Assembly (NCBI GenBank): GCA_002269645.1
Contig: NIVC01001465.1
Coordinates: forward strand, 89,720 to 153,719
Length of the DNA: 64,000 bases
Source of the DNA: Macrostomum lignano
Lineage: Eukaryota
Direction: 5' to 3'
Made by a program: the position numbers and the translations under genes. Below the pieces are notes generated by a model. It was not told where the DNA came from. It saw only the letters and a list, made by a program, of their open reading frames with translations, and ran no database searches. Below are positions 14,961 to 26,562 of the stretch, piece by piece. Every line of letters begins with the position of its first letter. The stretch's first letter is position 1.

Positions 14961-15229
14961 CTTCTTCTGACGGACAAACTCTGACACAAACTCATAAGCG
15001 ACACACCTATATGTTATAATCACCAAAAAATTATATATACACTGTTGATACAATAAACGCCGAGTATATAAAATACACCTGTTATTTGAACCCTGTTATA
15101 TAAATACGGTCCAGTAAATTCCATTTGCGGCAAAATTGTTTGAATATTAAACAGCGTATCATCAAACGACGTGCCGAATTAACCATGTTATTAAAGTACA
15201 GTGAACTGGCAAATTGGCAAGGCAATATG

Positions 15230-15545
15230 TACGAAGAAGTATCAACTGGAAGAATGACGCTGGTGGCCGTTTTGCTTCGGCTCACATCAACGTAAAGGAG
15301 ACCCTCACTCCTATCCTCAGCATCCTCGCGGCCCCGGGCCGCTTCGCCAGTGCGGACATAGTCGTGTACAGCGACAGCTCGGCGGCTGTCGGTGCGCTGA
15401 ACAAGCTCAGCTCGCCATGTAACGACGTAAACCGGCTCCTGCACAGGCTGTCTCTTGCCTGCGATGCGTGGGGTCTGCGGCTGCGGGCCTTTTACGTCCC
15501 AGGCGCCTTCCAGGTCCTGGCAGACCCGGCCTCTCGCCTTGCTTC
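15230..15545 (+). pseudogene. DIRS/Ngaro RNase H domain fragment
   Basis: HINVKE, VYSDSSAAVGALNKLSS, AFYVPG..LADPASR motifs. Confidence 0.85.
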
Positions 15546-15715
15546 AAGAAGTAGGGCGCAGAATTTTTTCTCCGCTTCTACCGTAGCCTGCATGATTTGG
15601 CTGCTGAATCCTGCTGCATCTCGCGCCACGCGCTCTGCTCTGCCTCCACCTCTCTTTTGCTTTTGCAGGTCTGGCGCCTCCTGCCTCCCGCCTACCCGGG
15701 CCGCTCCTTCGCTTC

Positions 15716-16721
15716 CTCGCTGACTCCTGGGCTCCTAGTACGAGGGCATCGTACGCTTCAAACCTCGAACAGTGGCAGCGCTTCTGTGACCTCGAGGGTG
15801 TTCAGCCACTAGCGGCGTCCCCGGTGCACCTGGTCGAGTACGTGCGACGCCTGGCTAAGCGCGGCGTGGCATCTGGTAGCCTCGGTGGACACCTGGCGGC
15901 CACCAGCTGGAGCTTCAAGCTGGCGCAACTCCCCGACATCACTAAGTCCGGCCTGATCGATCTGGCAGCTAAGAGTCAAACAAACAAGCAGCCATTCAGT
16001 CAAGCAGAAAGACCCCATCACCCCAGCGGTTCTGCTTTCACTGGAAAGCCAGGTGAACCCAAGGGAACCTGCAGAGGCCGCCTTTTGGGCCGCCGTGCTC
16101 TGCTGCTTCTGGGCGCTTCTCCGGAAAGCAAACGTCTGCGGGCGCCAATCCATTCTCGTCAGTGACACCCCGGCCGATGGTCAGTGCTGGAGGCTCCGAC
16201 TTCGACAGTCGAAGACGAACCAGAGCGGACAAGACTACCAGGAGGCGGTGCTGCCAGTAATCGGAAGCCACCCACTTTTTCCTGTCCAAGCCCAGCGGCG
16301 GCATTTTCAGGCTAACAAGCTGCGGTCTGCGCCGGCGCTCACTCGGCTGTTTTGCGTCCACATCTCCGGAAGCTGGTGCCCGATGACATCGCGTCAATTC
16401 GATCGCCGCCACGCTCGTACTCTGACGGATGCGGATTGGGCGGCGACAGCTTTCTCAAGCCACTCTCTACGACGGGGTGGCGCCTGTCTGGCGTTCGACA
16501 GCGGCCTCGACGTGGAGCAGATCAAACGGCTGGGCGGCTGGCGCAACGGCGCCGTTTCACGTTACCTGCCTGCTGGCGAGCTTCTCCTCAAGCCTGCGCT
16601 GGCTGCGCTGCTGCTCGCTGCGCTTGTCCTCTGCGGCCCGGGGTCAGGGAGGTCAGGGAGGTCAAAGAGGGAGCATAGGAAACATATTTTTTTTAACCAG
16701 GCCAATGGTCGAAAAGGATAG
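15716..16721 (+). pseudogene. Tyrosine recombinase (YR), one frameshift near 15975-16000
   Basis: N-terminal WAPSTRASY..WQRFC; catalytic LLR, SKT, HSLRRGGA, GGW, RY all present. Confidence 0.9.
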
Positions 16722-16880
16722 TGGAAAAGGTGCCTAGGGGTCAAGGAAGTCGACGCGACAAAGAGGTTTCAGAGGGGTCAAGGATGTTTAGCTCGTAAAC
16801 GTGTAATAGGTCAGAGTTGATCTTTGCCCCAGCCAGTTCATCTCCGCCCACAGTCACTTCATCTCGGCAAAATTGAACTG

Positions 16881-17260
16881 CCACTCTCCAGTCACTCTCC
16901 GGTCACTCTCCGGTCACTCTCCGGTCACTCTCCGGTCACTCTCCGGTCACTCTCCGGTCACTCTCCGGTCACTCTCCGGTCACTCTCCGGTCACTCTCCG
17001 GTCACTCTCCGGTCACTCTCCGGTCACTCTCCGGTCACTCTCCGGTCACTCTCCGGTCACTCTCCGGTCACTTTCCGGTCACTCTCCAGTCACTCTCCAG
17101 TCACTCTCCGGTCACTCTCCAGTCACTCCCCGGTCACTCTCCGGTCACACTCCGGTCACTCTCCGGTCACACTCCGGTCACACTCCGGTCACTCTCCGGT
17201 CACACTCCGGTCACTCCCCGTCACACTCCGGTCACTCTCCGGTCACTCTCCGGTCACTCA
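16881..17260. repeat. 11-bp minisatellite (GGTCACTCTCC)
   Basis: Tandem repeats starting at the splice donor of the exon ending at 17262. Confidence 0.95.
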
Positions 17261-17261
17261 C

Positions 17262-20200
17262 TCCTGAACTTCTCCACCTGCCGCCGGTGCATGTCCAGCA
17301 TTCTGCCGACCTCATCCTTGCTGAGCCCGAGCTGCCTGTTGAGCTCCTCCTCGGCCTGGGCCTCCCCGCTGCCCTTCTCCTGCAGAAGGTCGTCACGCAG
17401 CGCCGTCAGCTGGTTGCAGTCGCGCGCGTCGCAGTCTTCGTGCATCGTCGCCAGGGCGGAGTCGCGGGCCTCCAGCGTGTCGGCTAGAGCGTCGGCCGCC
17501 CGCTCCGGGTCGCCGGTGTCGGTGCCGGCTTCGACGCGTTCGATGAGCCGGCCGACCGCGGCGGCGAGACGGCGCTCCAGGTCGGCGGCCTGGCTTTCCC
17601 GGGCCTGGCGGAGCCGCTCGGCCAGCGACTTCTTCTGGGACAGGTAGGCTGCGGGTTGGGATGGCCGAGTGACAGTGACTGGGTGACGGTGACAGAGTGC
17701 TAGGGATGGAGTGACAGGGATGGAGTGACAGGGATGGAGTGACAGGGATGGAGTGACGGGATGGAGTGCCATGCCAGGGATGCAGTGACAGTGACAGAGT
17801 GACGCGGACGGAGTGACAGGGATGGAGTGACAGGGATGGAGTGACAGGGATGGAGTGACAGGGCTGGAGTGCCATGCCAGGGATGCAGTGACAGTGACAG
17901 AGTGACGCGGACGGAGTGACAGGGATGGAGTGACAAGGATGGAGTGACAGGGATGGAGTGACAAGGATGGAGTGCCAGGGATGGAGTGACAGGCATAGAG
18001 TGCTATGCCAGGGATGCAGTGACAGTGACAGAGTGACGCGGACGGAGTGACAGGGATGGAGTGACAAGGATGGAGTGACAGGGGTGGAGTGACAAGGATG
18101 GAGTGCCAGGGATGGATTGCCAGGGATCGAGTGCCATGCCAGGGATGCAGTGACAGTGACAGAGTGATGCGGACGGAGTGACAGGGATGGAGTGACAGGG
18201 ATGGAGTGACAGGAATGGAGTGAAGTCAAAAATACGGTGTCTTGTGGTCATCGACGACCACAAACCATAACAGGACAGTGTCAGTGTGACTCACACTTCT
18301 CGAAGGCCTCCTTCTGTCTGAGCAGAGACTTCTGATATGCTGCCAGGATTTTCTGACGCTCGCCGTCGCTCAGCTTCTGATCGCGGACCAGGCCGACCAG
18401 CTGCAGCCGCCGGGACTCCATCAGCTGCTCGATGCTGTAAGTGGCCTCCTCGTCTGCCGCCATCTGCTGGGCCAGCAGCTGCCGACGGCGAGCCAGGGCC
18501 GCCTCCATGTCGGCGCACTGACGGAGCCGCTGGTTGGCCAGCCGGCCTTCCATCCTGGCAACCCCGGCCTGTGGGATGGGGGAGCGAATTGGGAGTCTGG
18601 GAGTTCGCCTCACGAGTGCCTGTAGCCTGTAACCTATAGTCTGTAGCCTGTAGCCTCTAGTCTGTAGTCTGTAACCTATAGTCTGTAGCCTGTAACCTAT
18701 AGTCTGTAGCCTGTAACCCATAGTCTGTAGCCTGTAACCCATAGTCTGTAGCCTGTAACCTGTAGTCTGTAGCCTGTACCCCATAGTCTGTAGCCTGTAA
18801 CCCATACTCGTAGTCTGTAGCCCTGTAGCCTGTACCCCATAGTCTGTAGCCTGTAACCCATACTCGTAGTCTGTAGCCCTGTATCCTGTAACCTCTAGTC
18901 TGTAGGCTGTGGCCTATAACCTGTAGCCTACGAGATAACCTATAACCTATAGGCTGCAACCTATAACCTGTAGCCTATAGCCTGGAATATCGGGGCAGTC
19001 AACCTCAGCCAATAGCCAGTACAGCTATAAGTTCCAGCCTGTAAGCTCATGGCCACCAGAGAAGTGTTCAGACATTTGAAACGTCATCAAAGCATCGCCC
19101 TTCCCGCTCCTCACCTTCAGGCCGGCCATCAGAGCGTCCGCCTTCTCGGCGCCGAGCTTCGGCAGGCCAGACAGCCGGCGCCGCAGCCGCGCCATCTCCT
19201 GCTGCGCCGCTGAGTCCAGCCGGGCGGACCGCTTCGCCTCCTTCTCCGACGCCGCCTCTGCCTCCTCCGCCGCGACCACCGTGGCATCTGTCGACGAGCT
19301 CCGAGACAGTTGACGCTTCTTGCGCTCCTCCCGGGCCGCGGCGAGCTCTTCCTCGACCCTGGCCTGGGCGCCGGCCAGCTGGTCCGTGTGCTCGGCCAGC
19401 AGCCTCCGCCGAGTGTCCTCGTCGATGTCACCGGCGGTTCAGCAGCGACCCGGTCAGCTGCCACAAGCCCAGCAGTCGGGCGCGCCAGAGGTCCCGTTCT
19501 TGGCGGGCCGTGGCGGCCCAGTCCTGCTGCAGCAGCTCCTGCTCCCCCTCCTGCCTGCGGGTGGGTGTTGCGGTGCCAAACTGGCTTGGCTGGGCCCCAA
19601 CCTAATACCGGACACCCCAATCTAATACCGGAAACCCCAATCTAATACCGGACGCCCCAATCTAATACCAGACACCCCAATCTAATACCGGACACCCCAA
19701 TCTAATACCAGGCACCCCAATCTAATACCGGACACCCCAATCTAATAACAGACACCCCAATCTAATACCGGACACACCAACATACCAGACACTCCAATCT
19801 AATACCGGACACCCCAATCTAATACCAGACACCCCAATCTAATACCGGACACCCCAATCTAATACCAGACACCCCAATCTAATACCGGACACTCCAACAT
19901 ACCAGACACTCCAATCTAATACCGGACACCCCAATCTAATACCGGACACCCCAATCTAATACCGGACACCCCAATCTAATACCGGACACCCCAATCTAAT
20001 ACTGGACACCCCAATCTAATACCGGACACCCCAATCTAATACCGGACACCCCAATCTAATACCAGACACCCCAATCTAATACCGGACACTCCAACATACC
20101 AGACACTCAATCTAATATCGGAAACCCCAATCTAATACCGGACACCCCAATCTAATACCGGACACCCCAATCTAATACCGGACACCCCAATCTAATACCG

Positions 20201-21042
20201 GACACCCCAATCTAATACCAGACACCCCAATCTAATACCAGACACTCCAACATACCAGACACTCAACCTAATACCGGAAACCCCAATCTAATACCCGACA
20301 CCCCAATCTAATACCGGACACCCCAATCTAATACCGGACACTCCAACATACCAGACACTCAACCTAATACCGGAAACCCCAATCTAATACCCGACACCCC
20401 AATCTAATACCGGACACCCCAACCTAATACCGGAAACCCCAATCTAATACCGGAAACCACAATCTAATACCGGACACCCCAACCTAATACCGGAAACCCC
20501 AATCTAATACCGGACACTCCAACATACCGGACACCCCAATTCTTTGAATTGAAACTCAAATACATGCATAACTATAATGGACACCCAAATCTAACATTGA
20601 ACACCCGGTCAAATCGCTGGCTCCACAATGTGATGCCGGAAACCTTGAGTATCTCATGGCGGACACCCTGATATTACAGTTGTGTTGGACACAGACTGTT
20701 CAATTCTCCGTGATATTCTGAAGCCTGCAGCATTTCGTACGCCAACCATGGGGATTCTGATTCACTGCCCAGCACCAGCCCATCCCGGACTCACTCTGTA
20801 ACCTGCGCAATCGCGTCAATCATCGCCAGCCGCTCGGCCACCTGTTGACCATCAGCCTGCAGCAGCCACAGCCGGCCCAGGACGCCGTCCTCCCCCGCCT
20901 TGCCAGATCCGACTTCCGCCGTCGGGGGAACCAGCGACCTCCGGCTGTTGCGAGCCGCTTCCTGCGAAGCCTCCGATCGGCTGTTCCGCATGGAGCGCAT
21001 TCGCAGGGAACTGCCGGATGTTGCCGACGCCCGGCGGAGGCT
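17262..21042 (-). CDS. Partial multi-exon coiled-coil protein (exons 20795-21042, 19115-19554, 18295-18568, 17262-17648); weak resemblance to EVC/limbin-type proteins
   Basis: All boundaries are YAG|...|GTGAG with matching phases (2, 0, 1). Helical E/R/Q/A-rich translation. One apparent 1-nt frameshift near 19432-19437. Gene ends not found; family identity is a guess. Confidence 0.7.
17668..18222. repeat. Intronic 14-bp minisatellite (GTGACAGGGATGGA) with higher-order units
   Basis: Tandem repeats between exons 17648 and 18295. Confidence 0.9.
18618..18985. repeat. Intronic ~21-bp minisatellite (CTGTAGCCTGTAACCCATAGT)
   Basis: Tandem repeats. Confidence 0.9.
19595..20540. repeat. Intronic 20-bp minisatellite (CTAATACCGGACACCCCAAT)
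   Basis: Tandem repeats. Confidence 0.95.
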
Positions 21043-21081
21043 CTGAATCGGGTGGCGGCACAAACTCTCGATTCCTTAGTC

Positions 21082-23330
21082 CAGGGGTGGCCAACTCCGG
21101 CCCGCAAAGTCTCTCTATCCGGCAATCGGGTCCTTGGACACTTTAGACTGGCGATCCGGCCCGCTCAAGGATTGTCTCTTCTTAGTCATCTCCTCTCATG
21201 ATCTCCTCTCCTCTCCTATCTCCTCTCATCTCCTCTCTCCTCTCCTATCTCCTCTCTCCTCTCTCCTCTCCTATCTCCTCTCTCCTCTCTCCTCTCCTAT
21301 CTCCTCTCATCTCCTCTCTCCTCTCATCTCCTCTCTCCTCTCCTAGCTCCTCTCATCTCCTCTTTCCTCTCCTATCTCCTCTCATCTCCTCTCTCCTATC
21401 CTATCTCCTCTCTCCTCTCTCCTCTCCTATCTCCTCTCATCTCCTCTCTCCTCTCCTATCTCCTCTCATCTCCTCTCTCCTCTCCTATCTCCTCTCATCT
21501 CCTCTCTCCTCTCCTATCTCCTCTCTCCTCTCCTATCTCCTCTCATCTCCTCTCTCCTCTCCTATCTCCTCTCATCTCCTCTCTCCTCTCCTATCTCCTC
21601 TCATCTCCTCTCTCCTCTCCTATCTCCTCTCATCTCCTCTCTCCTCTCCTATCTCCTCTCTCCTCTCCTATCTCCTCTCATCTCCTCTCTCCTCTCCTAT
21701 CTCCTCTCATCTCCTCTCTCCTCTCCTATCTCCTCTCATCTCCTCTCTCCTCTCCTATCTCCTCTCTCCTCTCTCCTCTCATATCTCCTCTCATCTCCTC
21801 TCTCCTCTCCTATCTCCTCTCTCCTCTCTCCTCTCCTATCTCTTCTCTCCTCTCCTATCTCTTCTCTCCTCTCCTATCTCCTCTCTCCTCTCTCCTCTCC
21901 TATCTCTTCTCTCCTCTCCTATCTCTTCTCTCCTCTCCTATCTCCTCTCTCCTCTCCTATCTCCTCTCATCTCCTCTCTCCTCTCATCTCCTCTCTTCTC
22001 CTCTCTCCTCTCCTATCTCCTCTCTTCTCCTATCTCCTCTCCTATCTCCTCTCTTCTCCTATCTCCTCTCTCCTCTCATTTTCCATCTCCTCTCCTGATC
22101 TCCTCTCCTCTCCTATCTCCTCTCCTCTCCTATCTCCTCTCCTCTCCTATCTCCTCTCCTCTCCTATCTCCTCTCCTCTCCTATCTCCTCTCCTCTCCTA
22201 TCTCCTCTCCTCTCCTATCTCCTCTCCTCTCCTATCTCCTCTCCTCTCCTATCTCCTCTCCTCTCCTATCTCCTCTCCTCTCCTATCTCCTCTCCTATCT
22301 CCTCTCTTCTCCTATCTCCTCTCTCCTCTCATTTTCCATCTCCTCTCCTGATCTCCTCTCCTCTCCTATCTCCTCTCCTCTCCTATCTCCTCTCCTCTCC
22401 TATCTCCTCTCCTCTCCTATCTCCTCTCCTCTCCTCTCTCCTCTCATCTCCTCTCACCTCTCCTGATCTCCTCTCATCTCCTCTCTCCTCTCATCTCCTC
22501 TCTCCTCTCCTATCTCCTCTCATCTCCTATCTCCCCTCATCTCCTCTCTCCTCTCCTATCTCCCCTCATCTCCTCTCTCCTCTCCTATCTCCTCTCATCT
22601 CCTCTCTCCTCTCCTATCTCCTCTCATTTTCCATCTCCTCTCCTATCTCCTCTCTTCTCCTCTCTCCTCTCCTCTCTCCTCTCCTCTCCTCTCCTCTCCT
22701 ATCTCCTCTCATCTCCTCTCTCCTCTCATTTCCTCTCACCTCTCCTGATCTCCTCTCATCTCCTATCTCCCCTCATCTCCTCTCTCCTCTCCTATCTCCC
22801 CTCATTTCCTCTCTCCTCTCCTATCTCCCCTCATCTCCTCTCTCCTCTCCTATCTCCTCTCATCTCCTCTCTCCTCTCCTATCTCCTCTCTTCTCCTCTC
22901 TCGTCTCCTCTCTCCTCTCCTCTCCTCTCCTCTCTCCTCTCATTTTCTATCTCCTCTTATCTCGTCTCTCCTCTCCTATTTCCTCTTTCTTCTCTTATCT
23001 CCTCTCTCCTCTCATATCTCCTCTCATCTCCTCTCTCCTCTCCTGCTCTCCTCTCATCTCCTCTCATCTATTCTCCTATCTCCTCTCTCCTCTTCTCTCT
23101 TTTCTCCTTCTCCTCTCCCCTTCTCTCTCCTCTCATCTTATCTCCTTTCTTCTCACTCATTTCTTCTCTCATAGGCTGTCTCTTGACACTCATCTCTCCT
23201 CTCTTCTGTCATCTGTCATCTCCTCGTTCTTCTCTCTCCCCATCCCCTCTCTTTTCCACTCCTAGCTGACCCGCAGTCAAGAGCTGGATTGTTTATCTGG
23301 TCCTAGAGGTAAAAATTTTGCCGGCCCCTG
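21082..23330 (+). mobile_element. Non-autonomous hAT-type element with a ~2-kb internal CT-rich tract
   Basis: Ends CAGGGGTGGCCAAC / TTTGCCGGCCCCTG (imperfect TIR); flanking 8-bp repeat CCTTAGTC (21074-81) / CCTTAGGC (23331-38). Confidence 0.7.
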
Positions 23331-24044
23331 CCTTAGGCATTTCAAGCCGACTCAAAATTAGCGATTTCTGAGACTGTCAGCTGAGCCAAAACTGAACAAA
23401 ATGCTCCACCGTTTTAATCATTTAATAAACTGAATTGTAATCAAATCGGTGCCAAAAAAACACTATTAAAACAAATTCAAATCACTGTTGAAATACCTTT
23501 GAACGCATTATAAAAGTAGGACTTCTAACATTCTTATTCTTCTCTTATTAAACTATTTTAGGCACTTTAATGTGCTTTAAAGTATTGTGTGTGGAAGGCT
23601 TTCAACAAATTTGGCATTGACCAATCATGCCAATTGGCGAGACTGCACCGTTATGTTATCTTCCGAGTTTGGACGGCTGATTTACAATATTCTGCCAGTT
23701 TGTATGCTAATAAACAAGATGCTTTTTTCTAAAAGAAATTGTTAACAGCTTGTCGACACACGGATTGCTTAAATTGTAACATAATTCAAAACCGTTCAGA
23801 AAGCTCAACTGGATTTTTGCGGCTCAGGGTTGTAAGCTGCAGGGGAGGGGCATAATTGCCCCCACAAATATGCTGCTCCACAAAAACTAAATGAAAGGGG
23901 CAACAAAAGTTAACGAATGACAGGAGCTCAATTTTTGCTACCTCTTGGATGTGGCATCCACCGACCTACATGTAGGAGACACGGTATGGGCACAATTAGG
24001 GCGCGCCTACCAAGAGACTAGAGCGACCACAAAAAAGACGGGCG

Positions 24045-24640
24045 CCCGCTAAAATACAGGGGGCGCCCACTAAGATACAGGGGGCGCCCACTAAGATACA
24101 GGGGGGCGCCCACTAAGATACAGGGGGGGCGCCCACTAAGATACAGGGGGGCGCCCACTAAGATACAGGGGGGCGCCCACTAAGATACAGGGGGCGCCCA
24201 CTAAGATACAGGGGGCGCCCACTAAGATACAGGGGGGCGCCCACTAAGATACAGGGGGCGCCCACTAAGATACAGGGGGCGCGAGAGACAGGGGCGCCCT
24301 CCGAGAGACAGGGGCGCCCTCCCAGAAACATGGGGCGCCCTCCCAGAAACATGGGGCGCTCTCCAAGAGACAGGGGCCCTCTCTCCAAGAGACAGGGGCG
24401 CTCTCCAAGAGACATGGGGCGCTCTCCAAGAGATAGGGGCGCCCTCCCAGAAACATGGGGCGCCCTCCAAGAGACAGGGGCGCTCTCCAAGAGACATGGG
24501 GCGCTCTCTCCAAGAGACAGGGGCGCCCTCCCAGAAACATGGGGCACCCTCCAAGAGACAGGGGCGCTCTCTCCAAGAGACAGGGGCGCCCTCTCAGAAA
24601 CATGGGGCGCCCTCTCAGAAACATGGGGCGCCCTCCAAAG
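24045..24640. repeat. Two adjacent GGGCGCCC-containing minisatellites (~21-23 bp units)
   Basis: GGGGCGCCCACTAAGATACA, then GGGGCGCTCTCCAAGAGACA repeats. Confidence 0.9.
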
Positions 24641-24700
24641 GACAGGAGCGCTCTGCAAGAGACGGCGTATTGGTGCGTATTTGGCGTAGTGGTGTTGCAG

Positions 24701-25038
24701 TGCAACTGGAAACTGGTTGATGGCCGGGATGCCATCTCCAAGAGTTACAAGTTCAAGGATTTTCAGCAGGTATGGGGACTCTTTCTAGCTGAATATAATT
24801 CTGGATGAGATTTGACTTGCTAAAATCAGTTGATATTTTCTCCCAATTGCAGGCATTTTCCTTCATGACCCACTCGGCTCTAAATGCTGAGAAGCTTGAC
24901 CACCACCCCGAGTGGTTCAACGTCTACAACCGAGTTGACGTCACCCTGACCACGCACTCCTGCGGGGGCATATCCAGTCGAGACGTCCGCTTGGCCAGTG
25001 TAATGGACGCGGCTGCGGCCAAGTATTTTGCTCAGTAA
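24701..25038 (+). CDS. PCBD: Pterin-4-alpha-carbinolamine dehydratase (exons 24701-24769, 24853-25038; 5' exon not located)
   Basis: [21 protein letters not shown]|[40 protein letters not shown]; signature [10 protein letters not shown]; phase-0 GT-AG intron. Confidence 0.93.
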
Positions 25039-25409
25039 AATTGTAATATTAAATGATTTCGCATTGCACACTACTTGCTTCGACAAATTCAGTAGCGTGA
25101 TTCGCGTTTTTATTTTTTCTAATAAAAATTTAACAATAAAAATAATACTATATCACGTTTTTGTACCATCAGCATGCTAAAATTGGATTTATGATGAATA
25201 AAATCTAGAAAAAGTAAAAATGGTGCGTCTTTGGACAAACAAGTATCTCGGAAAGTTAAATTGCTGTCTAATTTTCTATACAGATAGCAATTTAAGACAT
25301 TTTGAATAAAAAATAAATACATGTGCAGCTGGGTAAAATTTAGAAACTTTGCAGAGTCGCAAATACAAAATAAACACGCTTATGCCGTATATTCCGGTAG
25401 AATATATAC

Positions 25410-26550
25410 TCATGTTGATCTCAGATCTCATGCTGATCCCAGATCCCATATCCCAAATCCCATGCTGATCCCAGATCCCGGATCCCATGCTGATCCCATA
25501 TACCATGCTGATCCCAGATCCTATATCTCATGCTGATCCTATCCCATACAGATCCCAGATTCCATGCTGATCCCAGATTCCCTGCTGATCCCAAATCCCA
25601 TGCTGATCCCAGATCGTGGATCTCATGCTGATCCTATCCCATACAGATCCCAGATTCCATGCTGATCCCAGATTCCCTGCTGATCCCAAATCCCATGCTG
25701 ATCCCAGATCGTGGATCTCATGCTGATCCTATCCCATACAGATCCCAGATTCCATGCTGATCCCAGATTCCCTGCTGATCCCAGATTCCCTGCTGATCCC
25801 AGATTCCCTGCTGATTCCATATTCCATGCTGATCTCAGATCCTAGATCTCATGCTGATCACAAATCCCATGCTGATCACAAATCCCATGCTGATCACAAA
25901 TCCCATGCTGATCACAAATCCCATGCTGATCACAAATCCCATGCTGATCACAAATCCCATGCTGATCACAAATCCCATGCTGATCACAAATCCCATGCTG
26001 ATCACAAATCCCATGCTGATCACAAATCCCATGCTGATCACAAATCCCATGCTGATCACAAATCCCATGCTGATCACAAATCCCATGCTGATCACAAATC
26101 CCATGCTGATCACAAATCCCATGCTGATCACAAATCCCATGCTGATCACAAATCCCATGCTGATCACAAATCCCATGCTGATCACAAATCCCATGCTGAT
26201 CACAAATCCCATGCTGATCACAAATCCCATGCTGATCACAAATCCCATGCTGATCACAAATCCCATGCTGATCACAAATCCCATGCTGATCACAAATCCC
26301 ATGCTGATCACAAATCCCATGCTGATCACAAATCCCATGCTGATCCCAGATCCCAGATTTCATGCTGATCCTATCCCATGCAGATCCCAGGTCCCATTCT
26401 GATCCCAGATCCCATGCTGACGCCAAATCCCAGATACCATGCTAATCCCAGATCCCATTATGATCCCAGATCCATGCTGATGCCAAATCTCAGATCCCAG
26501 ATCTCGTGCTGATCCCAGATCCCAGATCTCATGCTGATCCCAGATCCCAT
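25410..26550. repeat. 18-bp minisatellite (CATGCTGATCACAAATCC), perfect core 25850-26345
   Basis: Tandem repeats directly after the transposase stop codon. Confidence 0.95.
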
Positions 26551-26562
26551 GGTGATCCCCAG

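Larger units (their letters stand above)
15225..16721 (+). mobile_element. Ngaro/DIRS-type tyrosine-recombinase retrotransposon, 5'-truncated (RT absent)
   Basis: DIRS-type RNase H followed by a YR integrase in the canonical order. Confidence 0.85.
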
